Under the pieces are notes generated by a model, which saw only the letters and a program-made list of their open reading frames with translations, was not told the origin of the DNA and did no database searches. DNA of 45,672 nucleotides. Origin: Alphaproteobacteria bacterium (lineage in GTDB: Bacteria; Pseudomonadota; Alphaproteobacteria; SHVP01). Below are positions 1 through 8,247 of this stretch, piece after piece. The position numbers and the translations under genes are program-made. The stretch is taken from assembly GCA_029936875.1 (NCBI GenBank), contig JAPYRS010000004.1, positions 1-45,672 on the forward strand, in the 5' to 3' direction. Every line of letters begins with the position of its first letter. The stretch's first letter is position 1.

Positions 1-263
1 CACCAGAAGAAGTCCGAATGGCGACAAAAGCCTGCCGAGTTGAATCTGATTACCTTGGCACCTTCATAGAGGCGCATGTGGTGCGGGTGAAGGGCAGTCG
101 TGTGCAGGCAAAGGTGTTGCACACCAAATACTCGGAATGGGCTGAGCCGAATGGTGAGAGACCTCTGGGAATTACCGTATTTGGACGGATGATGGTCGAA
201 CGTGGGTTCGTCAAAGAGAAAACGGGTCTTGTCCATTACCTCGACATTGAATTGGTGGACTAG
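1..263 (+). CDS. Phage/plasmid primase, P4-family C-terminal region (5'-truncated by the window edge)
   Basis: The frame is open from nt 3. The tail ...YLGTFIEA...VLHTKYSEWAEPNGERPLGITVFGRMMVERGF...HYLDIEL matches the conserved C-terminal pattern of P4/D5-type primases (Y..Y..WC...G..P.S...F...L...GF), from memory of the family. Confidence 0.5.
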   Translation, partial: PEEVRMATKACRVESDYLGTFIEAHVVRVKGSRVQAKVLHTKYSEWAEPNGERPLGITVFGRMMVERGFVKEKTGLVHYLDIELVD

Positions 264-715
264 GGAGCGCCCAAAAAGATCTGATAGACCGACTTTCGGT
301 TCATAGTATTCGACATAGAGCCCGATCATCGCAGTCTCAATTATGAACTCGCCCCACCTTTTTGGTGTGGAGTGGACCTCTTCACGAGACCACTGGCCCG
401 GACAATTGGATGGTCTGGACCGTTTTGACGGTTAAGTAATTGGTGCAGGAGCAGAGAAAGAAAGAACTTAAACTGTCCGAACTGTCCAAACACTGGCTGG
501 CGCCATAAGTACGTTAGGCGATGCAATTCACTTCCAACGTTGCCCATGGCGGCTAAGGGGGTAAGGGGATCAGATCTGTGGGACCTCACAGACCTAGACC
601 GAGGGGTAAGCCAAAATATCCGCTCGCGAAAATATAATGGGGGGGGTCACCAGCGGAGGGCCACCTTGAGCATTACTTCAGTGTTCGATTGATTATCCAA
701 CGAACATTGGTGGGA

Positions 716-740
716 AGGTTCGAATCCTGTCGGGCGCGCC
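716..740 (+). other. tRNA 3'-end fragment (T-loop, 3' T-stem and acceptor strand, tRNA-Arg-like); putative att core
   Basis: AGGTTCGAATCCTGTCGGGCGCGCC has a canonical GGTTCGAATCC T-loop and a 7-nt acceptor 3' strand CGGGCGC plus discriminator G. No matching 5' acceptor strand (GCGCCCG), D-arm or anticodon arm lies upstream, so it is not a complete tRNA. Confidence 0.45.
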
Positions 741-946
741 CCCTAGGAAGTTGGCCACTTCCGCTTATGACCTAGAGCGGACATTAGGCTTGGGATTAGC
801 GGAGGTCGCTACAGCAGGTTTCCGTATGAGGCCCGGCGGCGGCTATTTACGATGCGCTCTATTCCGTCGCGCGCGTATCGGGATAACCATGCAGCAAGCT
901 GAAGAGCGTCGCCAACAAATGCGGCACTTCGCGGCTTTTAGTTCAC

Positions 947-1147
947 TTGCAGGCCTTCTTCGTATTTTTCGGACCGGTTACTCAACCTTCCGAGGCTGCC
1001 GAGGATCAAGGCCGAACGCTTGGCGACGTGTTCCGTGACTGTACCGAGTGCCCCGAGATGGATGTGCCGGCGGGGTCGTTCACGGGCACCATCCGGCAGG
1101 GCGGTCACGCAGCAGGCGAATTTTTGGAAGGGACCAGCAAAGGGTGA
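947..1147 (+). pseudogene. N-terminal stub of a formylglycine-generating-enzyme (FGE-sulfatase/SUMF1) domain protein
   Basis: The motif FRDCTECPEMDVPAGSFTG resembles the conserved FRDC.(E/D)CPEMVV(I/V)PAGSF(M)MG entry motif of FGE-sulfatase domains. Similarity stops after about 20 aa and the ORF ends at 66 aa. Confidence 0.4.
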
Positions 1148-1240
1148 CATTTTGTGTTTTTGCGGTCAGGGTCCCTCATCAACGAGCGGCGAGTGAGAGC
1201 GTCCGCTTAACTAAGAAGGGATAAGAGGGAGGTTAATACC

Positions 1241-1576
1241 ATGGAAGGCCTCAAGGCCTATTGGCGCAAGTACGGCGTCGGTGCGATCGGCGGTGCCATT
1301 CTAATCTTGATCCTAGGCTTCTGGATCGGGCCATTGACTACCAACGGCAGCGCAGGTGAACTGGCCAAAGCGGCTGCGGCTGATCGAGACGTCGTTTATT
1401 GTGTGGCCAATGCCAAACAGTTGGTAGATTCCGGCGAGCAATCCGCCCCAACAAGCGCCGGTGAGCGGACCGACCTGGCGCGAGCGTCCTTTGCCGACCT
1501 GCTCGCGGACGGACCGCCGAGAGGCGCTGTTTTGCAGTGTGGTCGGGCACTTCCACAGCAGTTTGGTGGGGGATAA
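1241..1576 (+). CDS. Hypothetical small membrane protein
   Basis: An ATG is preceded by AGGGAGG, with one N-terminal hydrophobic helix (GVGAIGGAILILILGFWIGPL). No family recognised. It sits in a region of gene debris, so it may itself be a remnant. Confidence 0.35.
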   Translation: MEGLKAYWRKYGVGAIGGAILILILGFWIGPLTTNGSAGELAKAAAADRDVVYCVANAKQLVDSGEQSAPTSAGERTDLARASFADLLADGPPRGAVLQCGRALPQQFGGG

Positions 1577-1890
1577 TAGCCGCCTCATCGCCAGGGGTCT
1601 GGTGGAAACATGATGGAAATTGCTGCCCGGCGGGGAAGCCGTTCCGCCAGATCATCGTTGTCATCAAACAAGGGCGGATAAATCCGGTCCAGCGGCCAGC
1701 GACCAAAAATCTTTCCGAGATTCTGGAAAAGCGGCACCGCCCCGGTGCCCCGCAGAGCGGGGACCAAGCCTAGTGCTTCCGTTTTTAGGCATCCTGCGCG
1801 ACCGGTTCGTTTGCGTTGACCATGTTGATGTCGCGATGGTTCGAGCTGAGCGTCGTGATCACGCGGCCAAGGCCGTCGACGCTACCGTAG

Positions 1891-2232
1891 GAAAACAGCC
1901 CCGACGGTCGCCTCGAAGATCTGATCCTTCGTCACGCATTAGGACTGCCCGTCCCAGCTGTCGAGCTGGAGCGTCCGGCAACGGGCGTCATGATGATCCC
2001 AATCCCAACAGCTGGGGTGCTACGCCGTGTGTCGGGAATTGAAAGTGCGCGCGCGCTTGCGGACGTCGATGATGTGACAATCAGCATACCTATTGGCGAC
2101 ACCCTCGTCCCGGTGCCCGAAGGGAACCGCTATTTAGGATTTGTCTTCGCCAGTGGCGATACGCCCGAGAGCGTAGAGGCCGCGCTGCGCGAAGCCCACA
2201 GCCGGATTGAGTTCACGATTGAGCCCGTTTAG
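1891..2232 (+). pseudogene. C-terminal remnant of an ATP-grasp domain enzyme
   Basis: My own translation of the frame gives ...RLEDLILRHALGLPVPAVELERPATGVMMIPIPTAGVLRRVSGIESARALADVDDVTISIPIGDTLVPVPEGNRYLGFVFASGDTPESVEAALREAHSRIEFTIEPV. That is the typical C-terminal third of ATP-grasp ligases. An in-frame stop lies at 1888-1890 and there is no N-terminal ATP-grasp sequence upstream. Confidence 0.55.
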
Positions 2233-2294
2233 GTGTCAGTATTGGCGACATCGCTGGGAGGACGTGGCCAAACGCCATGCAGGCTGCGCGGGGC

Positions 2295-2942
2295 CTAGCT
2301 CGCCCTTTTGCACGATACGGTTGCCAGCCATGGTTGTTGGTCGAGCGCCAGCCCCTGCGGACGAAAGTAGTGACTGACCAACAGGAATCCCGCTGCGGTG
2401 AGATAATTGCGCCAAGTGTCCAGATCGAGGAAGCAGCTATAACGGCCACCGCTCCAAACTTCCTCGTTGTGTCCCCTCGGGTTTGAGCAAAACAAAACTC
2501 CACGAGGCTTTAAGGTCTTGGAAAGTTCGGCCAATATCCGCGGCAGCTCTTGGCCTGGCACGTGAAACAGTGATGCATTCGCGAACACGCCATCGAAACG
2601 GCTCTCCGGCAAAGCCATCGTCAGAAAATCTTGGTGAAGAACCTCACACCCGGAGCCGGAGCGTGCCATTTCCACGAAACGGCTTGATCCTTCCAAACCC
2701 ACGGCGTCGTGGCCCAAAGACTGAAAATGTTGCAGGTCTCGGCCAGGACCACACCCTAAATCTAGGATGGAATACGGGACATCGCCCTCAATCGCGTCCA
2801 GGAGCGCAAAATAGTTTTGGCTCACATCGTGGTCCCAAGTTCCGACTCGATAGGCCTCGGCCGCGCGATCGTAGTACGCGATTGTCACGTCCGATATCCG
2901 TCGCAGCTGCTCTTTATCGTGCTGTGGGTTGGGTCCGGTCAT
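2295..2942 (-). CDS. Class I SAM-dependent methyltransferase
   Basis: 215-aa ORF with motif I LDLGCGPGRD and the acidic loop ...VGLEGS. Confidence 0.85.
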   Translation of the reverse strand: MTGPNPQHDKEQLRRISDVTIAYYDRAAEAYRVGTWDHDVSQNYFALLDAIEGDVPYSILDLGCGPGRDLQHFQSLGHDAVGLEGSSRFVEMARSGSGCEVLHQDFLTMALPESRFDGVFANASLFHVPGQELPRILAELSKTLKPRGVLFCSNPRGHNEEVWSGGRYSCFLDLDTWRNYLTAAGFLLVSHYFRPQGLALDQQPWLATVSCKRAS

Positions 2943-3212
2943 GGATCAGATCATATGGAACTTGTGATTGGGGCAAATATCGGGCGCTCCTGGCTCATCA
3001 ACGCTCAACAAGAATGTTACATACAGCGCGACCACGGCAGTGTCACCGCCGCCTTCTTAGTAACCTAGGCGCCTATGGAATTCACGTTCGCGTGGGTCAC
3101 GCGAAGGGCGCACCCTTCCGCCAACGGTTCGGCCGAAGGCCAACGTGACCGTCTGCAGTTTTGCGTTAGTATCGTACATTGGCCCGAGAGGGAGATAAGG
3201 CGGGAGGACACC

Positions 3213-3854
3213 ATGGCGCTCAGAATCAACGACGAGGTCCCAAACTTCACTGCAGAGTCGACGGAAGGGACGATCAACTTCCACGAGTGGATTGGCGAAG
3301 GATGGGTTATTCTGTTTTCGCATCCGAAGGACTTCACTCCGGTCTGCACCACCGAACTCGGCTATTTGGCGGGGCTGAAACCGGACTTCGACAAACGCGG
3401 TTGCAAGATCCTCGGCCTCAGCGTTGACCCGGTGAGCAATCATAGGGAATGGTCCAAGGACATCGAGGAAACACAGGGGCACGCCGTCAACTATCCGTTG
3501 ATTGGTGACCCCGATCTAAGTGTGGCGAAGCAATTCGATATGCTTCCGACGGATGCAGGTGATACGTCCGAGGGGAGGACACCGGCGGACAATGCGACGG
3601 TACGCTCGGTGTTCGTCATCGGACCTGACAAGAAGATCAAGGCCATGCTGACTTATCCGATGAGCACCGGTCGAAACTTTGATGAGGTGCTCCGGCTGGT
3701 CGACTCTTGCCAACTCACTGCCAAGCACCAGGTGGCAACACCCGTCAATTGGAAGCAGGGCGAAGACGTCATCATTATCCCCAGCGTTTCGGACGAGCAG
3801 GCCAAAGAAAAATTTCCGGGGGATGGAGGGCGCCGAAGCCGTATCTACGGATAG
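3213..3854 (+). CDS. 1-Cys peroxiredoxin (Prx6/LsfA type) with an apparent frameshift in the last ~17 codons
   Basis: GGGAGGA RBS then ATG at 3213. MALRINDEVPNFTAESTEGTINFHEWIG..WVILFSHPKDFTPVCTTEL is a canonical 1-Cys Prx. The conserved C-terminus GGWRAPKPYLRIVPQPK* is encoded in the next frame (3821-3871). Confidence 0.9.
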   Translation: MALRINDEVPNFTAESTEGTINFHEWIGEGWVILFSHPKDFTPVCTTELGYLAGLKPDFDKRGCKILGLSVDPVSNHREWSKDIEETQGHAVNYPLIGDPDLSVAKQFDMLPTDAGDTSEGRTPADNATVRSVFVIGPDKKIKAMLTYPMSTGRNFDEVLRLVDSCQLTAKHQVATPVNWKQGEDVIIIPSVSDEQAKEKFPGDGGRRSRIYG

Positions 3855-3983
3855 TGCCGCAGCCGAAGTAGCGCACCTGCGAATTTTGCCCGGCCGGGGC
3901 TCTAGACTGCGAGCGCACCGCGTGCCAAGGCTGACTAGGAAACTCTAACCGATGCCGGCCGAGGTGTTGGCCTGCAGGAAGAC

Positions 3984-4349
3984 ATGGTCCATTCAAGTTT
4001 CTCTGAACGAATGCGAGCGTATTTGACGGAGCTTGCTCGGTGCCGCGGAACGATGACGTATCGCGATTTGGCCAGGGCGCTTCAAGTCCAACCGCCGAAC
4101 ACAATCCGTCAAGTGGCAGATGCGCTTGAAGTGCTAATGCAGGAGGACCTCACCAACGGAGTGCCATTTCTTGCCGCTCTGGTGGTCAGCAGAGTCGGGA
4201 ACGGGCTTCCAACACCGGCGTTTTTCTTTCTTGCCGGTTCGCTGGGCCGATTCGAGGGGTCGGGTACGGGCCCAGAAACCCAGATCTATCATGCCCAAGA
4301 ACTCAAGAGCGCCTGGGACCACTGGGGCAACTTAAGTGAGCGAACCTAG
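3984..4349 (+). CDS. Conserved hypothetical protein (winged-helix-like)
   Basis: 121-aa ORF. The pattern ..MTYRDLARAL.V.PPNTIRQVADALEVLMQEDLTNGVPFLAALVVSR...GLP recalls a widespread alphaproteobacterial family of unknown function. Confidence 0.55.
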   Translation: MVHSSFSERMRAYLTELARCRGTMTYRDLARALQVQPPNTIRQVADALEVLMQEDLTNGVPFLAALVVSRVGNGLPTPAFFFLAGSLGRFEGSGTGPETQIYHAQELKSAWDHWGNLSERT

Positions 4350-4356
4350 GTAACGA

Positions 4357-4932
4357 ATGCCCGTTGGCGCTAATGTCTGCTTATGGCTATTAGCGGACAT
4401 CCAGAGTGGGCGCAGCGACGGTGGGCAGGACGACGGCGAGAACTGGATGGTCGATGCGCCGCGTTTTACCAAACATCTGGTGAACAAAATCGAGGCGATG
4501 GGCGGCCTCCAATACATTTTTCTCACCCACCGTGACGATGTCAGTGACGCCGATAAATACGCAGCCCATTTCGGCGCAAAAAGAATTATTCACGAATACG
4601 AAAAAGCAGCCCAACCCGACGCCGAGATCATCCTGAAGGGTGAGGGCGACCACGATGTCGGTAGCGCAGGAATTCTATTCACGCCCGGTCATACCAAGGG
4701 CCACATGGTGCTTTCGTGGCAGGAAAAATATCTGTTCATCGGCGATCATTTCGCCTCAAAGCCCTACTGCTGGTTTTCGTGGGACGACCAGATCGAGTCG
4801 ACCAAACGGCTCGGCGACTTAAGCAAATTTGAAGACATCTTCCCCGGCCACGGAAAATGGTTTTCGGTTTCGCCCGGCGACTTCCCAAGTGAAATCGAAA
4901 AGCGCGTTGCCACAATGGCGGCGGCAATCTAA
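4357..4932 (+). CDS. MBL-fold metallo-hydrolase
   Basis: Contains YIFLTHRDDV...TPGHTKGHMV...GDH...PGHG, which are metallo-beta-lactamase-fold metal-ligand motifs. Confidence 0.8.
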   Translation: MPVGANVCLWLLADIQSGRSDGGQDDGENWMVDAPRFTKHLVNKIEAMGGLQYIFLTHRDDVSDADKYAAHFGAKRIIHEYEKAAQPDAEIILKGEGDHDVGSAGILFTPGHTKGHMVLSWQEKYLFIGDHFASKPYCWFSWDDQIESTKRLGDLSKFEDIFPGHGKWFSVSPGDFPSEIEKRVATMAAAI

Positions 4933-4959
4933 CCCAGACCGGGTTTTCGCGTCGAGGCG

Positions 4960-5823
4960 TTAGGTGTCCTGCGCTTCATCGGGCGGAATTGCCGAAACAG
5001 CCTCTTCTGAGATTCCAAAATCTTCGATCAGGGCGCGGATTCGTTCGGCCTCGGTGATCTCGTTTCGAGTCACGGTATTATCTGCCAATATCTCCGTTCG
5101 GTTATAACGGCCGACGGTCAAGATGCGATCGGGAAAATGCCGCGAGATAAATAATCCGTCGTTGAACGGCGATCGACTGCGTTCGCGCGAGGCTGATAAC
5201 TGATATTGGCTGAGAAAAACCTGATGATCGACGGCCCCCGCCGCCAAATCGGGCCGCATTGTGATGGGGTCGTCCCGGTTTGCGCCCGGCCACCACTGCA
5301 CATCGAAGCCGCCCGGGATCGGCAGTGCGCGGATGTCGTGAATTCGTTCACCGGTTGAGGCAGGTTCTCCCGTCACCAATGGTAACGCCGAAAAGGCACC
5401 CAATTGTGCGTCCGCCAAATAGTCGGTTCCGTCAATGCTTACAAGGACCGAACCGTGGTTTCCCTCCGGTTCGATCCCCTCCATGATCACCGAACCGGAA
5501 ATGCGATCCGCGTCGAAGCCGAGCGCATAAAGCAATGCGTAGAGCCCGCCGCTCGCCGGAAAGCAGGTGCCGCCGGTGCCGTGCGAGAGCCAGTTCTCAA
5601 AAAACTCGATTGGATCGCCGCCAGTAACGGGCCGTTCTTGGTCGCCGCCGAACCAAATCCGTTTTTGAATATTATCGTTGGGAACACTGCCGGAATAGGT
5701 GCCGCAGACGCGGTTGAGCCCGGCAAGATCGGTGGCGGGCCTGTCGGATAGGCCAAGCTTTTCGAGAATGCGCTCGAATAAATCAGGTGAAAGAGCAGGC
5801 TCGGCGATTGCGTCGGGGCTCAT
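4960..5823 (-). CDS. Arylamine N-acetyltransferase family protein
   Basis: Has a GGTCFPASGGLYALLYALGF catalytic-Cys region, NHGSVLVSIDGTDYLADAQLG (His) and the N-terminal L..LGL.. motif. I chose the start at MSPD (ATG 5823) rather than the ORF maximum at 5883. Confidence 0.7.
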   Translation of the reverse strand: MSPDAIAEPALSPDLFERILEKLGLSDRPATDLAGLNRVCGTYSGSVPNDNIQKRIWFGGDQERPVTGGDPIEFFENWLSHGTGGTCFPASGGLYALLYALGFDADRISGSVIMEGIEPEGNHGSVLVSIDGTDYLADAQLGAFSALPLVTGEPASTGERIHDIRALPIPGGFDVQWWPGANRDDPITMRPDLAAGAVDHQVFLSQYQLSASRERSRSPFNDGLFISRHFPDRILTVGRYNRTEILADNTVTRNEITEAERIRALIEDFGISEEAVSAIPPDEAQDT

Positions 5824-5932
5824 GATGCGGGCCTTATTTTTCCATTTGCGTGGTGCACACGACGAAGAAACCAAAGACAGCAATCTCTATTTGCAGTTTG
5901 CCCGTATTTTGTTATCGGCGCTGAATTTGTTT

Positions 5933-5963
5933 TGATTGTTCCTTTCGCGCGCTCGAACAATCA
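5933..5963. promoter_or_regulatory. 9-bp perfect inverted repeat TGATTGTTC-N13-GAACAATCA in a divergent promoter region
   Basis: Read directly. The arms are 5933-5941 and 5955-5963, between the NAT gene (-) and the quinone oxidoreductase gene (+). Confidence 0.3.
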
Positions 5964-6012
5964 TCAGCCATGGTGACAGAGTTAGGGTACCCTACGACGA
6001 AGATAGTTTGAG

Positions 6013-7029
6013 TTGTCTGAGGACGTTCGAATGAAAGCGATTGTTTTCGAGAAATACGGGTCGCCCGATGTTCTTAATTTGAAGGACGTGCCGAAACCGA
6101 CGCCGAAGGACAATGAAGTTCTAATCAGGATTATCGCATCGACGGTGACGGCGGGCGATTGCGAGATTCGCAGTTTTAAATTTCCGGTGAAGTGGTTCTG
6201 GCTGCCGCTGCGATTATTTTTCGGCATTACCGGGCCGCGCAAAATAAAAGTCCTCGGCCAGGAACTTGCCGGCGAGATCGAGGCGCTCGGCAAAGAGGTA
6301 ACCAAAGTATCCGTTGGTGATGCGGTTTTTTGCACGACCGGAATGGGCATGGGTGCCTACGCCGAATACAAATGCCGGCCTGAAAAACATGTTGTTATCA
6401 AACCGGGCAAAATGAGCTTTGAAGAAGCGTCGACCATTCCAACGGGGGGGGGGGGGGGGCTGAACGCGCTTCATTTTATTCGGCGGGCGAAACTCGAGCT
6501 GGGCGATAAAATTCTGATCACCGGCGCTGCCGGAAGTATCGGCACTTATGCGGTGCAATTGGCCAAACACTTTGGTGCCACCGTCACCGCGGTTGATACC
6601 GCAGAAAAGTTTGACATGCTGCGCTCCATCGGTGCCGATCATGTGATCGATTTTCGCGAGGAAGATTTCACGCTAGTCGGTGAGACCTACGATGTGGTTT
6701 TCGACATCGTCGGCTGGTAGTCCTTTTCGAGGTGCCTCAAGTCGGTCAAGCCCGGCGGGCGCTATATTTTGGCGAACCCACAATTTCTCCACATGTTTCG
6801 CGCGGCCTGGGTGACACGAATCAGCAACAAGACGGTGATCTTTGAGTTTGCCGGCGAAAATGCCGATGACATTGTTTTGATCAAGAAACTGATCGAAGCG
6901 GGGGAGATACGGGCCGTTATCGACAGGCGTTTTCCCCTGGAACAGACCCGTGCCGCGCACCATTATGTTGATTCAGGGCAGAAGTCCGGCAACGTCATCA
7001 TTACGGTGCTGCCCGAACCCGAATCCTGA
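6013..7029 (+). pseudogene. Zinc-type alcohol dehydrogenase / NADPH:quinone oxidoreductase (MDR family), interrupted by an in-frame TAG and containing a G16 tract
   Basis: ORFs 6013-6720 and 6769-7029 are in the same frame and together give a 338-codon MDR protein (GAAGSIG Rossmann motif; C-terminal ..HHYVDSGQKSGNVIITV). A TAG lies at 6718-6720. Sixteen consecutive G at 6444-6459 encode Gly5. Confidence 0.85.
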
Positions 7030-7046
7030 CCGCGACCGATTAGGCC

Positions 7047-8120
7047 TCAGTCGCTGCCTTCTTCAACCCTGCCATCGGCGTGACGCGCGAAGCGTTCGGT
7101 GTCGCGACTGTGAGCCGGGTCGTCGCTCGGCCACGGCCAGCCGCCGAATTGGGTTTTCCGATAATCGGCGAAGGCCTGTTGAATTTCTGGCTCGGTGTTC
7201 ATCACAAACGGGCCGTATTGCGCGACCGGCTCGCCGATCGGTATGCCTTCAAGCAGCAGAAACTCAGCCTCTTCATCGCCGTTGCGAAGTTCGATGTCGG
7301 CATCGGGTTTCAGGATCATGCCGCTGTTTGCGGGCACGGTTTGACCTGCCGCCTCGAGGCTGCTGCCGCGGAAAAAGAAGAGCTTCCGATTGCATTTCGG
7401 ATCGGTTGCGGGAAGCGTCCAGACCGCACCGGGCGCCATCTTGATGGTCCAAACGACGACCTTGTTGGCCTCATCGGCAGCCCAGGAGTCGGGCGGCGGC
7501 GCCGGTGGGCGATGGTTTGACTTAGCGGTATCCGGAAGCGCGCCGCAATAACTGACCACTGTGATTTCACGTCCGTCGGTATCTTTCACGGTCGCGTCCG
7601 GAATCTGGTTTTGCCAGAACATTGAAAAATAGGATTCGACCATCTTGCTGCGCGCCGGGAGGTTGAGCCAAATCTGAAACAGCTCCAGCGGATTGTCCTG
7701 ATCCTGGCGGCGAATCGGAAACATCTCCGAATGGACGATGCCGCGGCCTGCCGTCATCCATTGTAAATCGCCCTCGCCGAATCGCGCCGACGCACCCATC
7801 GAATCGCTATGATCGATGAAACCTTTCCGCACTACCGTGATGGTCTCGAAGCCACGATGGGGATGTTGCGGAAATCCGGGGACACGGGTGCCGTGATACA
7901 TGCTCCATCCGTCTTTGACGCTGAAATCCTGGCCGATGGCGCGACCCGCAAGCGACGCATCCGGCCCCATTGCTTCGTTGCCTTTGGGGTAGGCGTCGTT
8001 GTGATGGGCGCAAAACAAAAACGGATCCATCGTCTCCCAGTGCATGCCCAGAGGTGATACCTCGAGGAGGGGCGACACATTGAGATCGGCAGATTGATCG
8101 ATCGTCGTGGTGGTAGTCAC
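7047..8120 (-). CDS. Pirin family protein
   Basis: 357-aa ORF with the cupin metal motif HPHRGFETITVV...GDLQWMTAGRGIVHSE. Confidence 0.9.
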   Translation of the reverse strand: MTTTTTIDQSADLNVSPLLEVSPLGMHWETMDPFLFCAHHNDAYPKGNEAMGPDASLAGRAIGQDFSVKDGWSMYHGTRVPGFPQHPHRGFETITVVRKGFIDHSDSMGASARFGEGDLQWMTAGRGIVHSEMFPIRRQDQDNPLELFQIWLNLPARSKMVESYFSMFWQNQIPDATVKDTDGREITVVSYCGALPDTAKSNHRPPAPPPDSWAADEANKVVVWTIKMAPGAVWTLPATDPKCNRKLFFFRGSSLEAAGQTVPANSGMILKPDADIELRNGDEEAEFLLLEGIPIGEPVAQYGPFVMNTEPEIQQAFADYRKTQFGGWPWPSDDPAHSRDTERFARHADGRVEEGSD

Positions 8121-8247
8121 GGGATTTCCTTGTTTGAGGGGCGCCGGCGTTCGATGAGTATCTAGGTACGCCTATCAATATTTGTAGTCGCAACGAAATC
8201 ACAACCCACACGCCTACAACTCCCCGTGTGCCTTGGCTACGGGAGCC

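Larger units (their letters stand above)
1..740. mobile_element. Right-hand terminus of an integrated element / genomic island (partial, continues off the left edge)
   Basis: A primase C-terminus (1-263) is followed by visibly lower-GC non-coding DNA and a tRNA 3'-end-like 25-mer at 716-740. DNA to the right is gene debris. Confidence 0.4.

Noticed and set aside
341-589. 82-aa minus-strand ORF in the element-terminal non-coding region, and the 751-1038 and 938-1150 ORFs.
   Set aside because: No RBS, no family resemblance, odd composition, and mutually overlapping. They are most likely chance ORFs in degraded DNA.
700-1000. Two-piece (permuted) alphaproteobacterial tmRNA, suggested by the isolated GGTTCGAATCC T-loop.
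   Set aside because: There is no CCA after the acceptor strand (it reads CCC), no complementary 5' acceptor strand downstream, and no recognisable ANDN..-type tag reading frame ending in AA-stop. A tRNA 3' fragment / att remnant fits better.
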